A DNA stretch of 50,516 nt from Chiloscyllium plagiosum (Eukaryota). Both the position numbers and the translations under genes were made by a program. The stretch lies in NCBI RefSeq assembly GCF_004010195.1, contig NC_057754.1:7300871-7351386 (forward strand), written 5' to 3'. This document shows, in pieces, positions 1-10,769 of the stretch. The notes under the pieces are model-generated. The model ran no database searches and was not told the origin of the DNA. It saw only the letters and a list, made by a program, of their open reading frames with translations. The stretch's first letter is position 1; the number at the start of each line of letters is the position of its first letter.

Positions 1-209
1 GCCAATCCACCCTAACCTGCACATCCTTGGGCACTATGGGATAATTTAGCACGGCCAATCCACCCTAACCTGCACATCCCTGGGCACTATGGGACATTTT
101 AGCACGGCCAATCCACCCTAACCTGCACGTCCCTGGGCACTATGGGATCGAACCCAGGTCCCTGGCGCTGGGAGGCAGCAGTGCTAACCCACTGAGCCAC
201 CATGCCGCC
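1..209 (-). mobile_element. HE1/V-SINE-like tRNA-derived SINE head with internal 53-bp tandem repeat
   Basis: Reverse complement reads GGGCGGCATGGTGGCTCAGTGGGTTAGCACTGCTGCCTC...GGGTTCGATCCC (A/B boxes). The unit gccaatccaccctaacctgcac... recurs at 1, 54 and 107. Confidence 0.85.
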
Positions 210-228
210 CTGTTTATCTCCTGTTGTA

Positions 229-728
229 NNNNNNNNNNNNNNNNNNNNNNNNNNNNNNNNNNNNNNNNNNNNNNNNNNNNNNNNNNNNNNNNNNNNNNNN
301 NNNNNNNNNNNNNNNNNNNNNNNNNNNNNNNNNNNNNNNNNNNNNNNNNNNNNNNNNNNNNNNNNNNNNNNNNNNNNNNNNNNNNNNNNNNNNNNNNNNN
401 NNNNNNNNNNNNNNNNNNNNNNNNNNNNNNNNNNNNNNNNNNNNNNNNNNNNNNNNNNNNNNNNNNNNNNNNNNNNNNNNNNNNNNNNNNNNNNNNNNNN
501 NNNNNNNNNNNNNNNNNNNNNNNNNNNNNNNNNNNNNNNNNNNNNNNNNNNNNNNNNNNNNNNNNNNNNNNNNNNNNNNNNNNNNNNNNNNNNNNNNNNN
601 NNNNNNNNNNNNNNNNNNNNNNNNNNNNNNNNNNNNNNNNNNNNNNNNNNNNNNNNNNNNNNNNNNNNNNNNNNNNNNNNNNNNNNNNNNNNNNNNNNNN
701 NNNNNNNNNNNNNNNNNNNNNNNNNNNN
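229..728. other. Assembly gap (exactly 500 N)
   Basis: N run. Other gaps: 7377-7709, 16241-16653, 17519-17775, 20102-20601 (also 500 N), 21573-22146, 24740-24833, 30154-30207, 31166-31258. Confidence 0.98.
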
Positions 729-1000
729 AAAGGGAGCAGTTCAGCTATGAAGGGAGGCTGGATAAGCTTGAGTTATTTTGTTTGGAGCAGAGAAGGTTGA
801 GAAGGGACCTGATAGAGGTATGTAAGATTATGAGATGCATAGAAAGCATCCACTCTTCTTAATCGAAGGATCAATAACATGGGGCACCATTTTAAGGTCA
901 TATGTGGGAGGTTTAGTGGGGATTTGAGGAAACATTGCTTCAGCCAAAGGGTGGAGTGTGGTGGCGAAAGGAGAGATCTGGAATGCATTGCCTGTGAGGG
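729..1000 (+). mobile_element. CR1 LINE ORF2 3' fragment
   Basis: Encodes SYEGRLDKLELFCLEQRRLRRDLIEVCKIMR, the CR1 C-terminal motif (YEERL..LGLFSLE.RRLRGDLIE.YK). Confidence 0.85.
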
Positions 1001-1004
1001 TAAT

Positions 1005-1860
1005 GGGACACGGGCATCGCTGATTGACCCAGCATTTATTGCCTGTCCCTAGATGACCTTGGGAAGGCGGTGGTGAGCTACCTTCTTGAACTAATACAGT
1101 CCATGTTCCGTAGGTAGACTCACAATGCCCTGAGGGAAGGAATTCCAGGATATTGTCCCAGAGACTAACAAGGAACAATGATATATTTCCAAGTCAGAAC
1201 GGGGAATAGATTGCTGAGGAACTTGCAAGTGGTAGTGTTCCCATGTGTCTGCTTCCCTCGTCCTTCCATTTGAAAGTGGGTTTAGAAAGTGCCGTCTAAG
1301 GATCTCTGGTGATTTTATAGATAGTACACACTGTCGCTACTTAGCATCAGTGGTAGAGGGAGTGGATGTTTGTGGATGTCAAGAGAGCTACTTTCTCCTG
1401 GATGGTGTCGAGTGTTGTTGGAGCTACACTCAGCCAAGCAAGTGCAAATGTTCCAACACACTTTTGCCTTGGTGCTTGTAGATGGTGGATTAGCTTTGGG
1501 CAGTAAGGAGATGAGTTACTTGCTACACTATTCCTAGCCTCTGACCTGCTCGTGTAACCACTGTGCTTATTGTGAATACACATGAGTTTCTGTTCAATTA
1601 TAAGCCAAAGGATGTTGATAGTGGGGAATTCAGTCATGATTGCACCATTGACTTTCAAGAGGCAGTAGATTGTCTCTAACTGGAGATGGTCACTGTATGG
1701 CAATTGCGTGGAGTGAATATTACTTGCCGATTGTTAGCCTAAGCCTGGATATTGTCCAGATCTTTTTGGATTTGCACATAGACTGCTTCGGTGTCTGAGG
1801 ACTCATGAATGGTGCTGAACATTGTGCCATCATTGGTGAACACCTCTACTCTGACATTAC
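1005..1860 (-). mobile_element. CR1/L2-group LINE 3' fragment (second family)
   Basis: Degenerate translation PTINIL.LIIEQKL...LAWLSVAPTTLDTIQEKVA...TNIHSLYH fits a post-RT region of CR1/L2-group ORF2. Confidence 0.75.
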
Positions 1861-1864
1861 AATT

Positions 1865-2050
1865 GTCACCAGGCTGATCCCCAAAACAGAGGGATTGTCT
1901 TATGAGGAAAGATTGAGTAGGGTAGGATCTGTACTGAATAGAGTTAAGAAGAATCAGATCGCACCTTTTTGAAACATCGAAGATTCTAGAGGGATTCTAA
2001 AGGGTAGATGTGGAGACGTTAATTCCCCATGTGGGAGAGTCTATGACCAG
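1865..2050 (+). mobile_element. CR1 3' fragment
   Basis: caccaggctgatcc...gggattgtcttatgaggaaagattgagtag (TRLIP..GLSYEERLS). Confidence 0.75.
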
Positions 2051-2144
2051 ATGGGCTGAAGGTCCTCTTTGGTTGCTGTGTGATTCTATGAGCTTCTCCA
2101 TGAGAAATGAACACAGAACAGAAGTGGTCATAAATGCAGTCAGT

Positions 2145-2150
2145 TTTATT
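2145..2150 (-). promoter_or_regulatory. Candidate polyadenylation signal (AATAAA) of the defensin-like exon
   Basis: tttatt on +, about 85 nt downstream of the stop codon at 2234-2236 on the minus strand. Confidence 0.5.
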
Positions 2151-2233
2151 CCCACCAGTGCAGGGAGCTGCTAATTGACAGTGACACATTCGAGGAGGAA
2201 CTGCATTTCTCATCAAGCAGAGCTTTGTGCTGG

Positions 2234-2361
2234 TCACTGTTGCCCAATGGGCTTGCAGCACTTAAAGATGTAGATACACTTCCCATTCATTTAAATATCA
2301 TTCTCTGTACACAGTCTCAGCCTGCAGCTCCCATTGTCTTTGCCACAGTTGAAGGGTAGAC
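2234..2361 (-). pseudogene. Beta-defensin-like mature-peptide exon with one in-frame stop
   Basis: Acceptor ctctccctctcttttaaaccAG| then phase-1 frame xLPFNCGKDNGSCRLRLCTENDI*MNGKCIYIFKCCKPIGQQ*. Pattern C-x6-C-x4-C-x10-C-x5-CC with two GxC motifs; TAA at 2291-2293. Confidence 0.75.
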
Positions 2362-2667
2362 CTGGTTTAAAAGAGAGGGAGAGATCACAGAATGACAGAC
2401 ATTGGGACACAGAAGGAGACTGATCCACCCATCGTGCCTGTGTTCTGGTTCAATTCCCTCTAGCCAATCTCTTGTCTTCCCCTCCTAACATTGCACACAC
2501 CTTCTATCCCAATGGTTCCCTTGAATTCCTTCCTCATTAATGCTCAGAATTCACCTTTGAGCCTCCCCACAGAAGGACATATCTGTGGGGTAGTCTTTTT
2601 CAACTCCTCCCCTCATTATGTGGAGACCAACATCCTGCATCGTAGCAATGAAGTCCCTATTACCAGG

Positions 2668-3315
2668 ATCCTGGCATTGGAGGCAGCCCACAGAAGGATT
2701 ACCAAGGTTGATCTGAGGTAGGGAGGGACTGCCTTATGAGAAGATGAGTAGGGCTGTGCCTGTACTCTATGAACATGGATTGCTTTGGTATGAGGAGTCA
2801 CAAATATGCTGAACATTGTGGAATCATTGGCAAACACCCCAACTTCTAACATTATGACGGTCACCAGGCTGATCCCAAGAATGAAGCAACTGTCTTATGA
2901 GAAGAGGTTGAGTAGGGTTAGGCCTGTATTCATTGGAGTTTAGAATAATGAGATGATGCCTTATTGAAACTTAGAAGATTCTTAAGGACTTGGCAAGGTA
3001 AATATGGAAAGGTTGTTTCCCCTGTGGGTGAGTCTAGGACCAGAGGTCAATGTGTTAGGATAAGGGGTCGCCCATTTGAGAGAGAGATGAAGAGGAATTT
3101 CTTCTCTCGGAGGGTAGTGATTCTGTAGCATTCTTTGCTACAGAGGGTTGTGACTTATTAAAATAGATTTTTAATTAATAAAGAGAGGAATGGTCATGGG
3201 GTAAAGGCAGGAAAGTAGAAATGAGGATGATCAGATCAGTCAGATTTCATTGAATGGCAGTGAAGATTCAATGGACTGAATAGTCTATTTCTACTGTTCC
3301 CTCTTATGGTCTTGT
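2668..3315 (+). mobile_element. CR1 3' fragments including 3' UTR, with a short minus-strand LINE piece at about 2771-2858
   Basis: LSYEKRLSR..., RRNFFSRRVV, and the tail ctatttctactgttccctcttatggtctt. Confidence 0.75.
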
Positions 3316-3724
3316 GGATAGAACATGAAAATGAAATGTCCTGCAATGTCTCGCATATTAACTACAGCAAAGGAAATTGAGCTCTCAATGAGACCCATCA
3401 TCAGATACTGGAGATATGAGCTGAGCACTGTTCAAGTGTTTGGTTTGAAGGATAGACAGTGAGGATGGGAAGATCACGGGATGGAATTCAACTGCTGAAA
3501 AAATGTTGGCCTATGATGGTTCACATCACTTGCAGGTCTCCAGATCCTGAGAGGCACAGATCCTGATAAGTGTTTTCAGACAATGAGAGATACTAAGGGA
3601 CTGAGAAATCAGAGGGAATTCCGGCATGTGACATAATAAAGCTGAGATATCACAGCCAAACAATTGTGGAATAGCAGAGCAGTTGAGAAGGCTGAACGGT
3701 CGCTAAATACGATGGTGATAGATA

Positions 3725-3835
3725 TCTGAAACAGACGCTGACGGAGAGACTCAGCAGGTTTGACAGCATCTGCACAAAGACAGAGAGAAAACAGAGCTCA
3801 CGTTTCCAATCCGCTCTTACACTTCTTCAGAATTT
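3725..3835 (-). mobile_element. Degenerate PLE-derived short repeat with decayed hammerhead
   Basis: Reverse complement: attCTGAAGAag...gGAAACGTgagctctg...gatgctgtcaaacctgctgag. Confidence 0.45.
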
Positions 3836-4264
3836 CTTCAAAAATGGAACTGAATGGGAGGGTTGTTTGGGGCTTGTTACAATCTCCCATCGAGATGTTT
3901 GTAGATGTGGCTGCACACATTTTGACTGTTGTTGGCTGAGGTGGGAATGGAACCTCTGAAATTCTGGTCCTGAATTTCTGCTGCACTACACTGCAGGATC
4001 CCATGGAACAGAAGAGACTCCCTGAAGGGGCAGACAACAGCCTTACCTGGTCCTGGGAAGTTTGTGGCATTGATTCTAGCCCCCGCCTCATCGCTTCAGT
4101 TCTGGATTCAGGCTGGATTTGAACTCCCATCCTCAAAACGTTACCTGGGGTTCGAGAATAACAGTCCAAAAATAACACCACCGCAGTAATCAAATCCCAT
4201 TCTAATCCTATTTTTAAGCACTTGGCCCATGGCTGTGCCTGCTTTGACATTGCAAAGCCACATT

Positions 4265-4720
4265 GAGAATACAGAACAGCATATCAGAAGACAAGGCCAT
4301 TCAGCCCACCATGTCTGTGCTGACTATGATGCCATTCTAGTCTAATCCCATTTGCCTGCTCATAGTCTGCATCCATCTATTCACTGCCTGTTCAGAGAGA
4401 TTTTTAATCAGGAGTGAATTGAGGGTTATGGGGAAACGGCAGGAGAGTGGGTTTGATGATGATCAGATCGGCTATAATCTCATTGAGTGGTGAGCAGTCT
4501 CAATGGGCACTCTGTCTATTGTGAAAATGTCCTCTTTGAGATAGGGAGACCAAAACTACACACAATAACGCAGGGCTGATCTCATCAACTTCTTGTATAA
4601 CGTCAGTAAGGCACCACGAATCTGAACTCGAATCCTGTTGCAATGAAGGCCAACATACCATTTGTCTTCCCCATGGCTGGCTGCGAGTCAGACAGTGAGT
4701 AAACTGTTGGTTCACAATGA
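4265..4720. mobile_element. Patchwork of CR1 3' fragments in both orientations
   Basis: ggccattcagccc (3' UTR, -), gagggttatgggga...gatcagatc (+), gggagaccaaaactacacacaata (-). Confidence 0.6.
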
Positions 4721-4860
4721 GTGAAAAATTCCAAGCAGCTTAAGAAAGAGGCTCAGACAAGACGACGACTGGTTCTGCTTCAGAAGTAAGTATTGAAGAA
4801 AACAACAGCAGCTCATAAGAAATGTATAACCATTGGGAGCCAGCTGGTGGTGGTTAAATC

Positions 4861-4927
4861 GGAGGGTCAGGCAGCATCAAAGGAACAGGAGAATCGATGT
4901 TTCGGGCATAAGCCCTTCTTCAGGAAT
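4861..4927 (-). mobile_element. PLE pseudo-LTR fragment with hammerhead (family A)
   Basis: Reverse complement: ttcCTGAAGA A GGGC ttat GCCC GAAAcaTC gattctcc. Confidence 0.75.
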
Positions 4928-4929
4928 AC

Positions 4930-5710
4930 AAACAGTTATCGAGAGATATTGATAGTTTATGTCAGTGGGCATAATATTGACAAATGGTGTACGTTGTGGG
5001 CAGATATGAAGTTGATCACCTTGGAAGAGAGAACAAAAGAACAGAATATTATGTAAATGGAGAAAGCTGCTACACAAAGGAACTTGGGGGAACACGAAAC
5101 ACAGGAACAGCAGGTAATCAGGAAGGGCAATGGAATGTTGGCCCTTATTTCAAGTGGAATGCAGTACAAGAGTAGGGAAATCTTACTGTAACTGAACAAG
5201 ATGCTGGTGAGACCACACCTGGAGGACTGTTTTGGTCAGTTATGGCTCCCTTATTTAAGGAAACACATCAATTTTTTGAGGGCAGATCAGTGAAGGTATA
5301 TTGGGAAGATTATTGATAAGGAGGGATTGTCTTTGGAGCAAAGGTTAAAGCTGTTGGAACTCTACTCACTGAAGTTTAGAAGAATGAGAGGCGATCTTAC
5401 ATGAAATATACAGGATTCTTAAGGGGCTTGACAGGGTGAATGCTGAGAGGATCAGAGAATCAGAATAAAGGAACTCTAAAACTGAGATGAGGAGGAATTT
5501 GTTTCTCAGATTTGCAATATTTGGAATTATTTTCCACAAAGGGTTGTGGGGGGACACAATCTTGTGTATATTTAAAGCTGAGATAGATCGATTCTTCATT
5601 GGTCAGGGAATCAAGGGTTACAGAGAAAGGGCAGGAGAGTGAATGCGAGGAATGTTGAATATCAGAGCAGATTCAAGAGGCCTAATCCTCGTCCTATTAC
5701 TTATGGTCTT
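4930..5710 (+). mobile_element. Degraded CR1 ORF2 3' end and 3' UTR
   Basis: gctggtgagaccacacctggag (LVRPHLE), gagatgaggaggaatttg, and the tail cctattacttatggtctt. Confidence 0.75.
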
Positions 5711-6730
5711 TATCTCAGCTGGTACCTTTGAACCTTTATTGTTGGCATCGTTGACAATCCAGCCACCCGACCCGAACATCGGTACAACAGCAATGATGTG
5801 AAGATGGAAGGCTGAAAGACTGCTTGCAAATGTGATACATAGGAATAGGACACGTAGAGCCAATGGAAAATAATTGAGAAACAGTAGAGATCGTTGGGAA
5901 ATGCTGAGAAGGGAAAAATGCAGGGAGAGAGCAAGAGATCAGAGAGAGAGAGAGAATAATCAGGTAGAAGCAGCAAGATAGACAAGCAGATAGAAACAAA
6001 ATGGAAGATGAGGTGGTGTGGGAAATGTAGAGTGAGCTGCTGAGAGGGAGACAAATCAGGAAAGGTGCGAAATCAAAGGAAATAACTGACAGCACCTTCC
6101 AGAATCCCAGGATGTCTTAGACTGCTGGACAGACATGTTAATGACTAATGAGGACTGTCACTGTTGTAACTAGGGAGACAAGGCAGCCAATTAGCATGCA
6201 GTCAGCTCCCAATGTTCACAGCAAGGTATCAGCTTGTCTTATCAAGGGGTAAAGATTGGAGCTATGTATCTCTCAAGGTTTGCTTCCAAGAAGTGTTTGC
6301 GTTTGGAGGGATGCAGGCACTGGAGGAGGTAGAGGTCCACCAATGGGAACTGGGAGAAGGCTGAGTTGGAGAATGAGGCAACTTGTTTTCAGGTTTGGTT
6401 CACTAAAAGCTGCCCTGTGAAGGGCAGCTAGAAGCTCACTCAGTCGTGCCATACACCGTTTGAAGTAGATATGTAATCGGAAAGGATTGTCACAATTGGG
6501 AAAAGAGAAGCAATCATGTAGGCATAATCTGCCAGCCTCTTTCAAAGATCCAAACACATCATTTTCTGCAGAATTGCAATGGGTTTAAATACGGATTGTT
6601 GCTGCTTTCCGTCCAAGCCAATGAGAATCTCAATAAACAGCAGCTACTCTTAATTCAATGCTGTCTCCCATTTTAAAGTTGGTTTTCTACTTCCTGGGTC
6701 TGATGAGGAAATGTGGGAGATGAATCCATA

Positions 6731-7052
6731 GGGCAGTACAGTGGCTCAGTGGTTAGTATTACTGCCTCAAGCACTAGGCACCCAGGTTTGATTCACCATC
6801 GGGTGTTTGTCTGTGTGGAATTTGCACATTGTCCCCATGTCTGTGTGTTTCTTTTAGGTGCTCTAGTATCCTCCCATATTCAAAAAATTTGCAGGTTAGG
6901 TGAATTAGCCATGCTAGATTGTTCATCGTATTCAGGGATCTGTGGATTAGGTATATTAGTCATGAGAAAATAGAGGGCAGGGAAGTGGACCTGGGTGGGT
7001 TGCTCTTCAGAGGGTTGTGTGGATGTGTTTCCACACTGTAGGGATTCTGTGA
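6731..7052 (+). mobile_element. Old HE1/V-SINE
   Basis: tRNA-like head gtggctcagtggttag, V-domain tgtgtggaatttgcacattgtcccc, CR1-like tail tgtttccacactgtagggattct. Confidence 0.85.
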
Positions 7053-7709
7053 TATTTACTGGATTAAAGGTTGGAACAATTCCATGGCACCAGAAGATCC
7101 CTCAGTAGCTTGCCTGTTATTGTTACATTTTTAAGAGTAACCCAATGGGTGAGAATCAGCTGGAGACTAATCTCTCCTTAGGGATATAAGAGCAGACTAA
7201 AAGTCTGGAGGTGGACACAATTGACAGAAACACTTTCATTTTGGGGTGCGAGGGAAAGCAATCTTTGATAACTTTGGACAGTTGATCGGTCTGTTAAATA
7301 TTTGCCTCTAACACGGACCTCACCAGACTCTTGGCTCCATTCAGTCTTTCAGAGTTCAACAAATGTTGCATTGTACNNNNNNNNNNNNNNNNNNNNNNNN
7401 NNNNNNNNNNNNNNNNNNNNNNNNNNNNNNNNNNNNNNNNNNNNNNNNNNNNNNNNNNNNNNNNNNNNNNNNNNNNNNNNNNNNNNNNNNNNNNNNNNNN
7501 NNNNNNNNNNNNNNNNNNNNNNNNNNNNNNNNNNNNNNNNNNNNNNNNNNNNNNNNNNNNNNNNNNNNNNNNNNNNNNNNNNNNNNNNNNNNNNNNNNNN
7601 NNNNNNNNNNNNNNNNNNNNNNNNNNNNNNNNNNNNNNNNNNNNNNNNNNNNNNNNNNNNNNNNNNNNNNNNNNNNNNNNNNNNNNNNNNNNNNNNNNNN
7701 NNNNNNNNN

Positions 7710-8745
7710 GTGTTTAGGTTTCCTTAGGTTGGTGATGTCATTTCACGTTCTTTTTCTCAGAGGGTGATAGATGGGGTCCAAATCGATTTGCTTGATATAG
7801 CTCCAGTTGGAATGCCATGCTTAAAGGAATTCTCATGTGTGACTCTGCTTGGCTTGTTCAAGGATGGATGTGTTGTCCCAATCAAAGTGGTATGCTTCCT
7901 CATCTGTATGTAAGGATACTAGTGATAATAGGTCATGCTTTTTTTGTGGCTAGTCGATATTCATGTATCTTGGCGCCTAGTTTTCTGTCTGTTTGTCCAA
8001 TGTACTGTTTGCTACATTTCTTGCAAGGTAATTTGTAAATGACGTTCATTTTGCTTGTTGTCTGTATACGATGTACGGGAGAGTGATGTCGGGGAGACAA
8101 GCAGACAAAATATGCCCAGAAATCCTCTCCACTCTTCCTTACATCAAAGACATCTTGGAAATGACTGCCAAACTACTCAAACCTCTTGGCATCATGGTAA
8201 CCCACAAACCTACCAACACACTAAAACAGCAGCTAATGAACTTGAAAGCCCCTATACAGACAACAAGCATTATGTGTGTCATTTACAAAATATCTTGCAA
8301 GAACTGCAACAAACACTACATTGGACAAACCAGCAGAAAACTAGGCACCAGGATACATGTATATCAACTAGCCACAAAAAGACATGACCTACTGTCACTA
8401 GTATCCTTACATACAGAGGAGTAAGGATGCCACTTTGACTGGGACAACACATCCATCGTAGGACAAGCCAAATACAGACACACATGAGAATTCCAAGAAG
8501 CATGGCATTCCAACTGGAACTCTAACAACAAACACATTGATTTGGATCCCATCTACCACCCTTTGAGAAAAAAAACATGAAACGGTGTCACCAATACAGG
8601 AAAATGACATCACCAACACAAGGAAACGTAAACGCCTAAATAGAAAGTGGGACATAACATCAGCACTTCACCAGATAATGTTACCTAATACGGTGACAAA
8701 ACATCTGAAAATGAGCCTTCCAGCTCAGCGAGCAAACTTACGTGT
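7710..8745. mobile_element. Penelope/Poseidon-type PLE 3' end with GIY-YIG endonuclease, partly present as an inverted duplicate
   Basis: + strand 8119-8570 encodes LPYIKDILEMTAKLLKPLGI...VIYKISCKNCNKHYIGQTSRKLGTRI..., FDWDNTSI. 7710-8070 is a reverse-complement copy. Decayed family-C hammerhead at about 8668-8708. Confidence 0.85.
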
Positions 8746-8785
8746 CGACATTATATTGTCAACATTGTATTCATGTAGATTGTGG

Positions 8786-8936
8786 AGGAAGTGAGGACTG
8801 CCGATGCTGGAGATCAGAAACAAGAGTGTGGAACTGGCGAAGCACAGACTTCATCAGGCTTATGCCTGAAATGTCAATTCTCCTGCCCCTTGGATGCTGC
8901 CTGACCTGCTGGGCTTTTCCAGCACCACACTCTCGA
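8786..8936. mobile_element. Short two-part inverted PLE family-A insertion
   Basis: gaggaagtgaggactgccgatgctggagatcag (tail, -) joined to ggcttatgcctgaaatgtcaattctcctg...ccagcaccacactc (+). Confidence 0.7.
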
Positions 8937-8937
8937 G

Positions 8938-9225
8938 GTTGTGTCATTGTGTCTTATTGTGTGTATGAGTGTGATTGTGCATGTGAATGTTTGTTACTTT
9001 GTGTATCCATTTGTGCATGGTGTTTGTCTGTGAGTGAGTGTGTGTGTATGAGAGTGTACATGTGAGAAAGTGTCCGTATGAATATGTGTGTAAATGTGTG
9101 ATTGTGAGTGTGTGTATATACATATGCACCTGGCTGTATACATTGTCTGTGCAACAGTGAGAGTGTGTATCTCTCTGGTTGTTTAATGACATGTTGCTGT
9201 GTCTGTGTGAATCTGTGTCTGTTAC
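8938..9225. repeat. Degenerate (TG)n low-complexity tract
   Basis: Dense gtgt/tgtg repeats. Confidence 0.85.
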
Positions 9226-9388
9226 TGTTTGACCCCTTCACGTGTGCATCACGGATTCAGTCTCTGCTGGAGTGTTATAATTATTAACTGCAGGACAGTC
9301 TGTTCTATCATATAAGGAGCTTCCATCCTCCAGGCAACTCAGAGTTCAGCAGAAAGTCAGCAAAAGATAAGAACTGTTCTGTTCTTAG

Positions 9389-10089
9389 TGTTATGACATG
9401 GGGTGAACCCTCCTGCTTAATTTAAAACCAGCAACACAGAAAAGATTTATCCCGTGTAGTAATCTGTAAAAATTAGAGTGGCTAAGAACAACGTAAAGTA
9501 AAAATTAACAACTTTATTTCTTAAAGTATAACAGAGAATAATTAACTGACTACTATTTACAATTTATTTCTCTAACCTATCTTTTACCTTCCCTTCTATA
9601 ATACTAGTCTAATAAAACTCCCAATTAAGATTTACAAGACAACACTTCTTATCTCAAAACCAAGTAGCTGTAGGTCCTTGTCTTTGGATCTTACTATGTC
9701 TTCTTTTCTCCTTGTTAGGAATTTCTGCATCACAGCTTACTGATTGAAAAGGTACTTTTAAGAGAGAGCTATTTTCAAGCAGCCCGTTTACATGCTGGGC
9801 CGTGGCAGTTCTCCTCTCAACTGTTCAATTTTCCCCGGATTTATACTCCAGAGCATCGGAATGTGTCATTGGCTTTTAAGATTGTCAATATATTCAATTC
9901 AAACTTGATTGGAGTTTGATATTTCAGGTATAATTTAAACTGTTTGGCCAGATTCGAATTTGTCTTTCTCTCCAGGAAATGAACTACTCAAGTGTTACAT
10001 GCATCATTGCCTTATTGAGAACACTTAGTGCTGTCTGGTAGTTCTGCTGCTTTTAACTCTCTTAAAGGTGTATCCACATCTTCATAACA
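9389..10089. mobile_element. Solo LTR (Gypsy-type), 701 bp
   Basis: Termini TGTTATGA...TCATAACA form an 8-bp inverted repeat with TG..CA ends, flanked by a 4-bp TSD TTAG (9385-9388 and 10090-10093). Confidence 0.8.
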
Positions 10090-10769
10090 TTAGATATTTG
10101 GGACCTGGTGATGATGCAGCCAGACACTGCTGATGAATCTGTGAAACAACACCTTTCCTTTAAAGATGAGTCCATCTCTCCTCAAACAGCCTTCACACAC
10201 ATTCAGAAGGGCACATTAAATTCATTATTCCCCTGAAGATCAAGTTCCATTCGACTTGCTTTTGCTGACAAGAGTCTAAAATCAATCAGTTGTTATGTAT
10301 AATAATTGTTTGTGTAATGCAAAGCTAACATTTATTGTCCAACTTTTATTGCCTAGGGGTCATTTATGCCCAGGAATGAGCTACATTACTTTGAATCTGG
10401 ACTCACATATAAATCAGATCTGGGTGAGAACAGTGGGTTTCCTTCCCTAAAGGACATTAATGAAGGAGATAGCTCCTCGTTTCATCCTGCTCCTCCCCCA
10501 ACCTGATTATCAACAGCATTTATATATTTGACATTAGTCTTTGTAATCACTATATTTCAGTCTCATGCTCCCAAGCACACCCGGAGTTCATCTGCCTTAC
10601 CTGCCGGCCTCTTTGATGGTAATAAATGCAGTTTTATTTATCAGTCCTACGTCATCCTCTGCTTTACTTGTGCCTGCCTTAACTGTTTGACTTGCTGTTT
10701 TGCCCAACTGCACCAGTCTCCAAGTGATGTTTTTTCTCACTATCTCCTTGAGTCCCACTCCCCCTTCCT

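Noticed and set aside
202..862. ORFs spanning N runs (also near 7302, 16232, 20061, 21519 and 31097)
   Set aside because: Artefacts of translating assembly gaps.
3877..4021. Minus-strand ESLLFHG...AAEIQDQNF resembling a PARP catalytic motif
   Set aside because: Lacks the HG(T/S) continuation and the downstream G.G.YF motif; too short to support.
6408..6429. Perfect 9-bp hairpin with GTGA loop (AGCTGCCCT-GTGA-AGGGCAGCT)
   Set aside because: A single short stem can occur by chance in 50 kb, and no RNA family context was recognised.
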